Under the pieces are notes generated by a model. It worked only from the letters and a program-made list of their open reading frames with translations. It made no database searches and was not told the origin of the DNA. From Octopus sinensis (Eukaryota): a DNA stretch of 64,000 nucleotides. Positions 13,781-25,478 of this stretch are shown here, in pieces; within the stretch, counting starts at the first letter, position 1; each line of letters begins with the position of its first letter. The stretch spans positions 75,020,001 through 75,084,000 of the forward strand of contig NC_042998.1 in assembly GCF_006345805.1 (NCBI RefSeq), read 5' to 3'. Position numbers and translations under genes: made by a program.

Positions 13781-13781
<1 letters not shown>
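13713..13781 (+). other. tRNA-derived cassette (Pol III A/B boxes) in the PLE 3' region
   Basis: TCACT..CATAATGGTTAAGAGC (D arm/A box), GGGCTACTAAC (anticodon arm), GAGCTCGAATCC (B box) and CAGTGAC (acceptor 3' strand). It is decayed and not a functional tRNA. Confidence 0.7.
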
Positions 13782-13825
<44 letters not shown>

Positions 13826-13890
13826 TGATAGTAATAATAATAATAATAATATAATAATAATAATAATAATAATATAATAATAATAATAAT

Positions 13891-14353
13891 AAGATGGGCT
13901 ACAGCAAATATTCTGCTCAATACCACAGATTTGCTTGTCAGTTGTTTGACCTTAACCAGTTGAGCATGTCCCTTAGTGGCTGACGATATGTGCATCTCTG
14001 ATCACGAGCAGAAGTAGTGGGGGAGCATCATAGCCATGTGTTGAGAGGGATTCTTTGGGGTTTGAATAGTTCACCTCTGGAAACATGGGTGGTTCTTTCA
14101 ACATCCTTAAACAACCCTTATTCAGGGACCTTTTGAGCGGGATGGGCTACTCAACCTGAAGAAAATTCTAACTGGGCCCCACCTGCAAGGTCATGTGCTG
14201 TTTATCTTGATATGAGATCACCATGTCGCGCACATATGGTTGTGATGCATGTGCCTGGTGTACCTTTATCAGACGGGTAGTCATGATGGGTATATTGGGC
14301 TTCGTATATTTTACCCCAGTGTCACGTTGATGGCATGCACAGCTCTCTCACTC
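13891..14353 (+). mobile_element. Non-coding interspersed element copy 1, embedded in (AAT)n
   Basis: Near-identical to 14433-14831; flanked by (AAT)n on both sides and ends CTCTCTCACTC(AAT)n. Confidence 0.8.
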
Positions 14354-14371
14354 AATAATAATAATAATAAT

Positions 14372-14831
14372 ATGGCTTCTTATCTTAACTGATCGGAAGT
14401 GTTATCATGTACATTGTTTTGTCTTGGTATAAAAGATGGGCTACAGCAAATATTCTGCTCAATACCACAGATTTGTTTGTCAGTTGTTTGACTTTAACCG
14501 GTTGAGCATAGTCATGTGTTGAGAGGGACTCTTTGGGGTTTGAATAATTCACCTCTGGAAACATGGGTGGTTCTTTCAACATCCTTAAACAACCCTTATT
14601 CAGGGACCTTTTGAGCGGGATGGGCTACTCAACCTGAAAAAAATTCTAACTGGGCCCCACCTGCAAGGTCATGTGCTGTTTATCTTGATATGAGATCACC
14701 ATGTCGCGCACATATGGTTGTGATGCATGTGCCTGGTGTATCCTTATCAGACGGGTAGTTATGATGGGTATATTGGGCTTCGTATATTTCACCCCAGTGT
14801 CACTTTGATGGCATGAACTGCTCTCTCACTC
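14372..14831 (+). mobile_element. Non-coding interspersed element copy 2, embedded in (AAT)n
   Basis: About 60 bp longer at the 5' end than copy 1, lacks the ~64 bp at copy-1 positions 13968-14031, and has the same 3' end plus (AAT)n. Confidence 0.8.
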
Positions 14832-15255
14832 AATAATAATAATAATAATGAATGGTTCTGTTTAGCCGTCTAGATAACGTCTTCGATAATACGGTACACT
14901 TCGCTAATACGGTACACTTCGATTAATATGCTTGTACTCACATGGACTATATGTTTGTGTGTCCGTAAGCACAGGTTGTGCAAAAATAAACATAGTTACT
15001 TCGATGGGCCTGTTAATGCAATAAAATTATAATTGTGATGTCCATACAATATATATATATATATATATATAAATATAAACGCACACACACTTTTACATAT
15101 GTGTGTACATATACGTATACATACCTGTGTATTTATCTCTCGCTCTCTCCCTCTATCTCTCTCTCTATCTCTATCTCTCTCTCTCGCTATATATATATAT
15201 ATATATTATATATATATATACATAGGTATATATCCGTCTCTCTCATTAATCAGAC

Positions 15256-15340
<85 letters not shown>

Positions 15341-16142
15341 CGTGTGTGTGTGTGTGTTTGTGTGTGTGTGTATGTGTGTCTGATTAATGAGATAGACGGA
15401 AGGTGGATGATACGAGAATGTTTATAAAACACTACAATTGTTTCGACCCATCTAGCATCCATCTCTGCAGGGAATTACAAGAGGACTCATAAAAATAACA
15501 ACTGTTCCGCAAGATTTCTTCTCGGTTTATGTATGAAAAACAGCAAATTAATGGATACGGCTTCCTTTTTATAGAAGGTCAATAATAAAAAGCAGATGGA
15601 AAAAGAAATAAATACATAATACATAGAAAAAGTATTAAATATATCTATTAACGGATATGGATGTTTAAACACCCTCGCTTAGGATGTACTCTCGCACGTA
15701 CAAACATCTACGAAGATATAAGTATATGCATACGCATGATTTTGGGCACCTACGCTCACACATACGCTCACACTAATAAAAAAAGAACCGTAGTGAAGTC
15801 TAGGATGTAGCAAAACCGTGGTTTTGAAAATGCAAGAATAACAATGCCGGAGAGTATGTATAAAAATTGATCAGTTAAAAGATGTGAAGTAAGAGAATAT
15901 GCATGTAACGTATACGTAAATGCATAGATTATATAGGTGCATATTATGTGTGTACATATAAACATATATAGAAAATGTATGTTTGTATACACAAAGTCAT
16001 TTATGAAGAATGTATAGGTACTCGTATAGGGTTAAATATGTGCGTGTAACTATACGCAAAAATATATACGTGTGTATACATGTATGCTTACATATATATG
16101 TATGTATGCATGTATGTATATATATATATATATGTATGCATG

Positions 16143-16191
<49 letters not shown>

Positions 16192-16259
16192 ATGCATACA
16201 TCTATATATATATATATGTGTGTGTATATATATATATATGTATGTATATGTATATATAT

Positions 16260-16368
16260 TGTTGGAATTTACAAAACAGCAGAAGATGAAGACAGGTGTG
16301 TAAACAACAAATAGGTGTATTAGTTAAACGCTCGGGTAGGTGAGAAAATCTTTTACGTTACGAGCCTA
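16260..16368 (-). repeat. Truncated copy of the HHR-bearing repeat at 52690-52870
   Basis: Minus strand TAGGCTCGTAACGTAAAAGATTTTCTC...GAGCGTT.AACTAATACACCT matches 52759-52815; only the 3' half of the HHR is present. Confidence 0.65.
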
Positions 16369-16792
16369 ATTTATATTAATATTCAGTTGAAATAGGTACT
16401 TAAGTTAAGGCACCAAATCAGTCCGGTATTATCCGCACAGCTCGAAGGTGAATAAGAAGCAAATAAGTAACAAAAAAGAATGTCATGCTATTAACGCAAC
16501 ACGGCCGTATTACATTAATACTTTGGCATCCTTGTTACTTATTTGCTTTATATGAGTATAGAGATGCTTCTACATATGGAATCCGATATTCATGATTTAG
16601 ACGTGCAATGTGCATGCATACATATATGTATATGTCAACGTGTGTGTTTATATGCATACATATATGTGGTCGTGCGCATGTACCTGCGTATATATATGTG
16701 CATACATTTTGTTTACTGCAATTTAAATTATATTGTTTACAGGCCCACCGAAAGTAACAATCATTATTTCACCATCTCCTTCCCACAATCCA

Positions 16793-17337
16793 TAGTGATA
16801 CTGATAACCCATAGAGGCCCTAAGCACTTAAAAGGTTTTAGTGCCCCAACATATATGTAATCCAAAATATAAGCAATAATAAAGCATAAAATAAATTTTG
16901 TTTTTCAAAATGAAACAAAACTAACAGTAAGACGGAAAATGTTTATTTTTGTATACTTCCACTTTATTTATATTTTGAAAAGTTTTCTCCAACTTTCTTT
17001 AATTGCTAAGTCTTTGAACAGATCTTTAAAACTAATCTTACGTAACGCATAAAAATAAAGCATTCAGCCTGCCTTGTTGCACATTTGTTTTTTAGAGATT
17101 TTTAATATACTTCAACTGAGAAAATGCACGCTTAGTTGAGCAATTTGTGACTATTAATGTTAAACATATACGAAAAACAATGTCTACATTTAGAAAGGCA
17201 CACTCAATGATGTTTATTTTAGCAAGTTTAAAACGATTTCTAATGTGCTGTAAACTATTTACAATGTTTGTGGCACCCACCCTTCCCTCGATGCCCCAAG
17301 CACGTGCTTATTTTGCTTATGGGTTAATCCAGCGCTG
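16793..17337 (-). mobile_element. Internally deleted hAT transposon
   Basis: hAT C-terminal dimerisation motif FLNVDIVFRICLTLIVTNCSTKRAFSQLKYIKN..QGRLNAL. The right end ATGGGTTAATCCAGCGCTG has a degenerate counterpart TAGTGATACTGATAACCCAT at the left. Confidence 0.75.
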
Positions 17338-17713
17338 CTGCTAACTACACCAATTACTTACAGACACACAGACATATGAGTGCGTATCAGAATGTGTATG
17401 TTTGTGCGTAAATATAAGCATGTCTACGTGTTCCACATGCACTCATATATTCATATAATTATATTAATACAAGCAGAAATACAAATATGTGGATAAACAT
17501 ATTTCTATATCCATTAAACCATACTAAATGTTTATTATAAGTTTCAATATATTTTTAAATATTTTACTGTAGTTTGTTACGTTATTTTTTTATTTTCGTT
17601 CGTCTAATACTGATGCTTGTATAACTGAGCATATATGCAATTGGTTGTGCGCGCGTGTGTATGTGCATATCTCTGAATGTTTGTACCTGTATAACTGTAT
17701 ATCCATGCGTGCG

Positions 17714-17748
<35 letters not shown>

Positions 17749-18382
17749 GTTGGGAAAGTGACTTCTCTTATAGTGGATTCAGTAGACGAAAACGGAAAGA
17801 AGCCCGTAGTATAAATTGAGGATATAATCATTAAAATGACTATATCAATGGTTAGTGTATAAAAAACGACCATATCGGCAAAATTAATTTTTAGGTATTT
17901 AATTACAAGAATATAATTATAATTAAGAGCAGTGGAATGCCAACACATATACACTTGAGGTAGATGTCAAATACCTACAATCCACACTAAATTTGTTCTC
18001 TATTTATAACCCATGGTCGAATACGAGGTAATTAGCAAGAAAATTTACAAAATTTCGGATAATCTCATATCTTATGATTTGGTGCTCTGTAATAACGATT
18101 ACTTTACACTGTAGAGATACGCCAACAATATATATATATGCATACATACATATATATATATATAACTAATGTAGGATAACATTTTTTCGGGAAAAATTTT
18201 TATCAATGGCCAGCATATCAAAAAATACCTTTAAAGGTTAAATTTATAAATAATTTACAAGATAAGGGCAAAAGAAAAATTCTAATGCCAAATATGCCGA
18301 AAAAAAGACAAAGCTTTTCAATAACCATTATAATTTATGCGTCTCGAAACAAACCGATAGAAATCTCTAAAAAATTCGTTAT

Positions 18383-18438
18383 TATCGTATTGGTCCAATT
18401 TCGGGGTTAATTAATAAATTTTCCCCTCTTCAGCGGCA
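18383..18438 (-). ncRNA. Minimal type I hammerhead ribozyme (copy 1)
   Basis: TGCCG CTGAAGA GGGG-aaaatttattaattaa-CCCC GAA ATTGG-A-CCAAT A^ CGATA; one stem I mismatch. Confidence 0.8.
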
Positions 18439-18850
18439 AATACGCGAGATATAAGTGAAATACTTACTCATACCCATGGAAAAAGCAAGCACTAAGTCCA
18501 GAGCAGACCCAAGTACCCCAAATATATCCAAAATAGAAAGATCTTCGGCACATCTCGAGACACGTGTGATTCGAACTAGAAACTTTCACAGAATGAGAGA
18601 ATCCGGAAGTTAAACACTATTCAATTTATAACTAATGTAGGATAAAAGTTTTTTCGTGAAAAATTTTTTATCAACGGCCAGCATATCAAAAAATACCTTT
18701 AAAGGTTAAATTTATAAATAATTTACAAGATAAGGGCAAAAGAAAAATTCTAATGCCAAATATGCCGAAAAAAAGACAAAACTTTTCAATAATCATTATA
18801 ATTTATGCGTCTCGAAACAAACCGATAGAAATCTCTAAAAAAATTGTTAT

Positions 18851-18906
18851 TACCGTATTGGTCCAATTTCGGGGTTAATTAATAAATTTTCCCCTCTTCA
18901 GCGGCA
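18851..18906 (-). ncRNA. Minimal type I hammerhead ribozyme (copy 2, intact)
   Basis: TGCCG CTGAAGA GGGG-loop-CCCC GAA ATTGG-A-CCAAT A^ CGGTA. All core nucleotides present, 5-bp stem I (one G-U), 4-bp stem II, quasi-palindromic stem III, AUA cleavage triplet. Confidence 0.88.
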
Positions 18907-19163
18907 GATACGCGAGATATAAGAAAAATAGCCCAAAAGTTAAAACTGTCCTGTTTTAGAACGTGTGACTTTTGCGAGTTCATTGTATCAAGTGGATGAA
19001 TCTATGTTGGCATAACATTTTGGTCTTCACTAAATTTGTACATTATCGTCATGCGAGGGAATGTTATGATTGTACACAGAATTGAAGTTGTTGGCGATCT
19101 AAATTCAACATGGCGGGACGTATTTGCATTTGAATAGCTGTTAGCAAATGTACTATGTTGATA

Positions 19164-19295
19164 TTAATTCAGCCGTGGCTTGTGTTTTCGTATGAATATA
19201 TCTTCTTTGTTTATTCGTGTTTCATCTGTGGTATTGAATGAACAAAGTTAACATAGGAAGACTTGAGATTTGTGGGATTTAATTTTTGTACATAT
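19164..19295 (-). mobile_element. Penelope-like GIY-YIG C-terminal end
   Basis: Minus strand FNTTDETRINKEDIFIRKHKPRLN* matches the R...E..FI....P.LN* terminus of PLE ORFs. Confidence 0.7.
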
Positions 19296-19309
19296 GTTTC
19301 ATCACAGAA

Positions 19310-20080
19310 TTATTAAAATCCATCCCTGTAAGCAATTGTTTTTAATACTTTAATACATTTACAAGCAATATCTGGGATTGAAATATTTGCAATATTTACT
19401 CCAACTTATACCAATTTGATCATGGCATACACGGAGGTCCAGATATATGAACAATCTAAATTAAAATACGTCATGGGTTATTATAAATAATTACTAGATA
19501 TCTGGCTGCTGCTTAGATATCTGACTGATTCTACTGACACATGCATTTTACCATAATTAACCGCATGAACAATGGCATTCATGAACATTATAATCATCAA
19601 AACGGACACAAACATGGAAACAGAAACTCATTACACTCCAGCAGTTTCTAAACACAACCTGATGTTTTCCTCATGCCATTCCAAACACACGCAAACTAAT
19701 ATTCTGTTTAATATTGCAAGAAGAATCTGCACAACTGTTTCAAATTAGGAGACTCGTAATAAAATTAAAACAAATACTGCTTGAAAGACAACAGCCATCA
19801 ATTTAAATAGAGAACAGAATATAGTATTCCAAGGCAATAGATATTCATGAACGAATTAAAACAAAAATCAACTTCAGATATGCCCAATACTCTACACTTT
19901 ATAACAAAACACAACCCCCAAGCACAGAGGTTTACAACATTATCCACCTCACCATTTCACTTCTAAGAAAAGATCCAATAATAAGACAAGAACTCGAAAT
20001 ACACAGAATAATCAAAAGCAAAAGACAATTAAAATTCCTCAAAATACTGCTCACCTACGCTAAATTACCCCCACAAGCTC
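19310..20080 (+). mobile_element. Penelope-like RT thumb-region relic, inverted relative to the adjacent EN end
   Basis: ETETHYTPAVSKHNLMFSSCHSKHTQTNILFNIARRICTTVS matches PLE TDIYYKPTD..YL.F.SCHP.H.K.NIPF..ARRIC.IVS; also TKHNP and IIKSKRQ.K.LK.LLT.AK. Confidence 0.8.
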
Positions 20081-20199
20081 CACACGATATCTCAACACAA
20101 ATTTGCAAGCAAACTGCAAGCAAAGCTAATTAGAACGCGAAAATATTACTAATTTCATAGGTAAAGAAATGTCAAACAAAACGCCGTTCTTTATTCTTC

Positions 20200-20560
20200 T
20201 GACTACAGACACATTTACTTTTAGTATCCTCTAACTTAGCATGCTGCAGTGTATCTACAATTATTCTAACCCCATGTCTTGCGCATTACCTATACTATCT
20301 GTCTCATCACAAACCCGGTGATTCTGTATTAAGCTCATTTACACATTTCCTACCTAGATATATACAGTCTGGAACATCCCATTTGCCTATATTTCCTCAA
20401 TAGCCAGCAGCATATAGACGTTGAAACTCAATATTCACTCCATCGGCCCCATTATTTTCAGGGACATGTATCCGTTAGAACATCCTCCATATTCTTCCCG
20501 CAAAATAAAACACAATTTGTGGTATGATCTGTATTAATCAGCGTGGTTCAAGGCACATAG
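20200..20560 (-). mobile_element. Possible very degenerate RTE-type LINE RT fragment
   Basis: Minus strand EDVL..GVNIEFQRLYAA resembles ED.F...GINI.G..L.YADD. Confidence 0.3.
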
Positions 20561-21770
20561 ACATTTACTATTTCATTTCATCACTTGCAGAATTGTCGCT
20601 AAAGCTTGTTTATTATTAGGATGGATTGACAGTTTAATCCAGGTGATTAATGTTTCACCCAAGTTTTCGTATGTTAGAAAACTTTTAATAAGTTATCTAA
20701 GTATCTGCATGCATAGCCTTTATAGTAATCTAGATTCGTTAAAATAACTCGAATGCTCTAGAAGAAAATCCACACTAATAGTAGAACGCTTTAGTAATTC
20801 TTCTAACGTCAGTGTTAGACACATGCATAGTTCCTACTAGCAAGTTATAAATCATTTGTGTAATAAGTGTTCTTGGCTTTTGCATTGCAGAAGTGAATCA
20901 CGTTTATGTTAAATTTCTTGTACGAATAACATAGGAGTGTATCATTAATCAAAGCAACTTCCTTGTGCTTGCAATAGGTGTCAGAAAGACAGATAGGAAT
21001 TCCAACTACCTCAACCATTAATTTCTTTTTCTGATTCTCTTTATGTATTCTAATGCATGCTTGGCGGGGTTTTGTGCCAGAAGTCTAACATATATTTAGA
21101 ATGGAATTAAAATATTTTGTTTACAATTCTTTTGGTATTTTTACCATTTTTTTCTCGTAAAAATTGTTGCTTATTAACTGTTGATATACTTCGAAGATTA
21201 AATACACTAAATTAAAATAGTTCATCCATGTTTAAGTGAAAATACGTCTAAAATTGCAAGAGAAATCATACATTCTAATAAATTATACGGTCGTCATTTT
21301 ATATCATATTAGATTTAGGTAATTTACATGTAAAATGTAATTATTATGCTTTCCATTGAATTATGTCTTAATAATAAATTTTCTATATAAAATTAATACC
21401 ATCAGTAAACTAATGTGATGGAGAAAGAATTAAAAATGTTTTTTTCTTGAATAACATTTCTGGGCTACATTATTTAATGAACTTGCACTCGTAGACATCT
21501 ACAGTATCGGTGCTTAAAGTACATAAGAATGTAACGTGTACAGTATAGTTTCTAGGCAGGGTCACATTCACATAGTTATTTCATTGGGATTTATTCGTGT
21601 TTCCTAACAACTATAATAATGAAATTTCACAGAAAGTGAATTAACATTTCCAAGTAAATTTTTACTAGTTTAGAAAAGTATATTAATTTCAAGTCAATAA
21701 ATATAAAATTGGTTTTATTTTTATAAAACTGTCATTTGAACTCACATTTTCTTTATATGTTACATATAAA

Positions 21771-22185
21771 GGCGCAGGAGTGGCTGTGTGGTAAGTAGCT
21801 TGCTTACCAACCACATGGTTCTGGGTTCAGTCCCACTGCGTGGCATCTTGGGCAAGTGTCTTCTGCTATAGCCCCGGGCCGACCAATGCCTTGTGAGTGG
21901 ATTTGGTAGACGGAAACTGAAAGAAGCCTGTCGTATATATGTATATATATATATATGTATGTGTGTGTTTGTGTGTCTGTGTTTGTCCCCCTAGCATTGC
22001 TTGACAACCGATGCTGGTGTTTTTATGTCCCCGTCACTTAGCGGTTCGGCAAAAGAGACCGATAGAATAAGTACTGAGCTTACAAAGAATAAGTCCCGGG
22101 GTCGAGTTGCTCGATTAAAGGCGGTTCTCCAGCATGGCCGCAGTCAAATGACTGAAACAAGTAAAAGAGTAAAAGAGAGAGAGAG
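21771..22185 (+). mobile_element. tRNA-derived SINE, full length
   Basis: A box TGGCTGTGTGG, B box GGGTTCAGTCCC, CORE-like CTTGGGCAAGTG, internal (TA)/(TG) tract and (GTAAAAGA)2 tail. A second copy lies at 40201-40599. Confidence 0.9.
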
Positions 22186-22479
22186 TATATGTTCATCGTA
22201 TTTCTTTGTTTATTCTAATTTCAGTTTGTTCATACTAATTTAAGTGCCTAGTTAAAAGAAACGCAATTCCATGCGCCTCGAGTGGAAACACTTAAAAACA
22301 CCATGTATCCACGTAAATTGCTTTGGAAATTCGTGATTTCTTGAACTGTAACGAAGAGAGACTGAGGACGATTAAACTTACATAGCAATAGAGCTGACAC
22401 AATTACGACAAATTCTATAATTAAGATAAAATTACTTGTTGGAATGTTATTTAATCGCCTTTCCTTTATAAGAAAATCT

Positions 22480-22810
22480 CAAACAAGGCGAGAAGCAACT
22501 AAGTGTAAGGGACTATGAAGAAGGAGAAATTAGGCCGAAAGGAATGGATTTATTTTAGGCTTCAAAGAGTCCAGGTCATAAAAAAGGAGGAAAACAATAA
22601 GATGAAAGAGAGTTCCAAAGTTTGACAGTTGAGGATAAAAGCTACAACCAAAGAAAGACTTCCTTATTTTTGGAAGCACATCAGCACTTGTGTGAAGATG
22701 CTGTGAGTTTCGAGTCAGAGGAAAGGCACAAGTGATTTGGAACTAAGGTAGAAAGTTCATCAGACTACAGCTTGTGATAATAATGATAGAAAAACTCGGG
22801 TAATATTATA
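22480..22810 (-). mobile_element. LINE (CR1/Jockey-group) 3' end relic
   Basis: Minus strand SSTVKLWNSLSSYCFPP..YDLDSLK.KIN matches the ..T.KLWNSLP..FP..YDL..FK motif. Confidence 0.6.
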
Positions 22811-23810
22811 TTGATCACGTGTCTACAACCATCCAGAGGTTAACCAATAAACACACCTCCATTTGAGCATATTGCAGGGAAGACAATATTATTAGAGCGT
22901 AGCATTAGAGACTTCCAAATGAAGAATAATTTCAACATTTGTAAAGTTGATATGTGTAAAATTTCGTTCCTCAATACCATTAAACACTATATCTTGATCT
23001 TTTTATATTGAGACGGGTTGCCCTTTCTATCGAGTACAAATATTTCAGACGAACGACAATAGATATCAAGGGAAATATGAGTAACAACATTTGAGACATC
23101 TACTCAACACACGTAAGTGTACAGTCAAGAACGAAATAATACAGTTAACGTTTAAGCGTATCACTATTGTCTTTCAGCATTAAATACAAAGAGAATAACA
23201 TAAAAAAGTTAGCAGGTTCAGATACATTCGCCTTGTAAATCGAGGTTCATATCTAGACAGAAAAAAAAAATCATTGAAGTATTTGCTGATCGCTCTTCAA
23301 ATGTAAACAAACAGCATTCCCTGCAGTAATATTAGAAAACAATATAATACATATGGTGTAACAAAACAATGTTCTATCTTCAAGTACTACCGTATAACTA
23401 AACTTATGAATATATTCCAAATAGATGTTTCTTGTTATAAACATTAAATAAGATTTTCCTCATAGAAATACCTGGTGCTCAAGCATATTCGAGTGGCATG
23501 TAAGTTTTGTTTAACCATGCCAGTAGTACGTCAAGGATAATATAAAACTGATTGTTACTTGCAGCTACATGCTGCAAAAACAATAAAGTAACTGATACCT
23601 TCGTCTTGGGAAGTAGCAAAGGCATTCTAAATAGTGATAGTAGAGTTGCTCCCCTTGAGAACTGGTGTTTTTATATTGTTTTTATCACAATAACAAATAT
23701 TTTACCCTATTCTATAAAATGACTCTTATCGTATTAGTCTATCCTGGGGCGGAGTTGCATGTATTGAGATGCAAATATAAATCAGATTAGATGCTAGCTT
23801 GTAGCTATGA

Positions 23811-23865
<55 letters not shown>

Positions 23866-25411
23866 AAAACGGTTTCTGAGTTCTCATTCTACAATAGCTT
23901 AATTGACTTATACTCTACTATTTTGCATACGCTGCTCAAATATATATTACTTTTGTAAATAAAGCATACATATAAGTATTTCGTTCAAGAAGCCCGAAGT
24001 CAATCGAAAAAATATATTCTTATGCGAGTTTCTACCTGATAAAGTTCAATCACGTCTATATAACAGTTACCTGTTTAGGTGTCATTGCAGAAAGAGAATG
24101 TACTAAACTATATTTGTAAATCGATGTGATTCGAAGTGATTGTAAATGTACTTATTGTAATTTCAAATTTTTCTTTCAAATAATCGATTACTATTTATAC
24201 CCAGAAGCTAGAAAAGAATTTTTAGAACAGAGTCTTCTGTAAGTTGTAAATCTCTAAATATTTCAAAATAATTAAAGAGAAAAGGCGGATTTTGGGTTTT
24301 GCTTAGAGGAAATTGCAGTATATATAATATTAGAATTTACTACTATCATTTCCTGGTTTTCAAGTAAACAATTAAGAATAGATTGGAAATATATGAATTG
24401 CTACGGGGGAAAATGCCTAACAAAACAGATTTCAAAATATGCAGCTTTATCTTCTGAATGTTGAAATCATATTCACATAATTAAGGATACACGTAATCGT
24501 ACACACACAGATACATACACACACACACACACATTTCTAACATGCACACGCACATATTAGTTAAAGGCTAATTGCAACTTACGTAGACACGTTTCATTCG
24601 GAAGAGTGGGAGGTAGCTAGAATGTAGGAATTGTAAAATATAATAATAGAAAAAACCTCTCTGCGAGAAAAGATATCAAAATAAAGGTAACATTAAAAAT
24701 GAAATTATATTTTGACGATATTGTGTTTTTTCTTGTTTACCGATAGAATATTTATAGATTTGTTCTCTTGCGATTTCAGCTTTCTTTTATAGAATTTCGC
24801 TTTTCTTCTTTGAGTCGAACTCGTGTTCGACTTACGTGATGAGGTTAAAGTGCCTTGAAAAATTATATGAATTGCACACCGTTGCAAATTTATACCTTTA
24901 AAGGGAATAGTTACCGATTGTTGTGTTGATAATAATCATAAACATTATATTCTAGCAACCTGTCTTTATGCACACTCTCTATGATCTGGTAAACTGATAA
25001 GTGGAAGTGACAACGTTGACATTTCCCCCTAACTTATTCACTATTAAGTTCCATCGAAATACATAAACACTTATAGTAAATCAGAATCATATTAAATTTC
25101 AAATTGTTATTACTACATTAGAATTTTGAATTTTAACTTTTAAATCTTGGAGTGTAAAATAATATATATATATTCGGCATTTGTAAAAAGGGAGAAACGA
25201 CTGTGAAAACAGCCTTTACTGGGAGGACAGACATTTAATCATGAAAAATCTCAAACAACGAAAAACAAATCGACAGATAAAGAATAATGTACTTTATTTC
25301 AGTCAATACAATTTTTAAAATATCTACGGAACATTTAATTACAAGTTTTGTCGAAATTTCTCTAAGCATAATTAATGTTACGTATTAACTTGTTCATAAT
25401 ATATTATATGT

Positions 25412-25478
<67 letters not shown>

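Larger units (their letters stand above)
18161..18923 (-). repeat. Two ~295-bp direct repeats (PLE pseudo-LTRs) at 18161-18455 and 18627-18923, each with an HHR
   Basis: Near-identical by direct comparison, with a 171-bp spacer. They lie 3' of the minus-strand PLE EN end at 19164-19295. Confidence 0.9.

Noticed and set aside
13713-13781. Functional tRNA gene (also the SINE heads at 21771, 30734 and 48723)
   Set aside because: The stems are broken and each sits inside a repeat; these are tRNA-derived heads only.
14372-14415. Faint similarity to the U2 snRNA 5' end
   Set aside because: It needs many gaps and mismatches, and the branch-point recognition sequence GTAGTA is absent.
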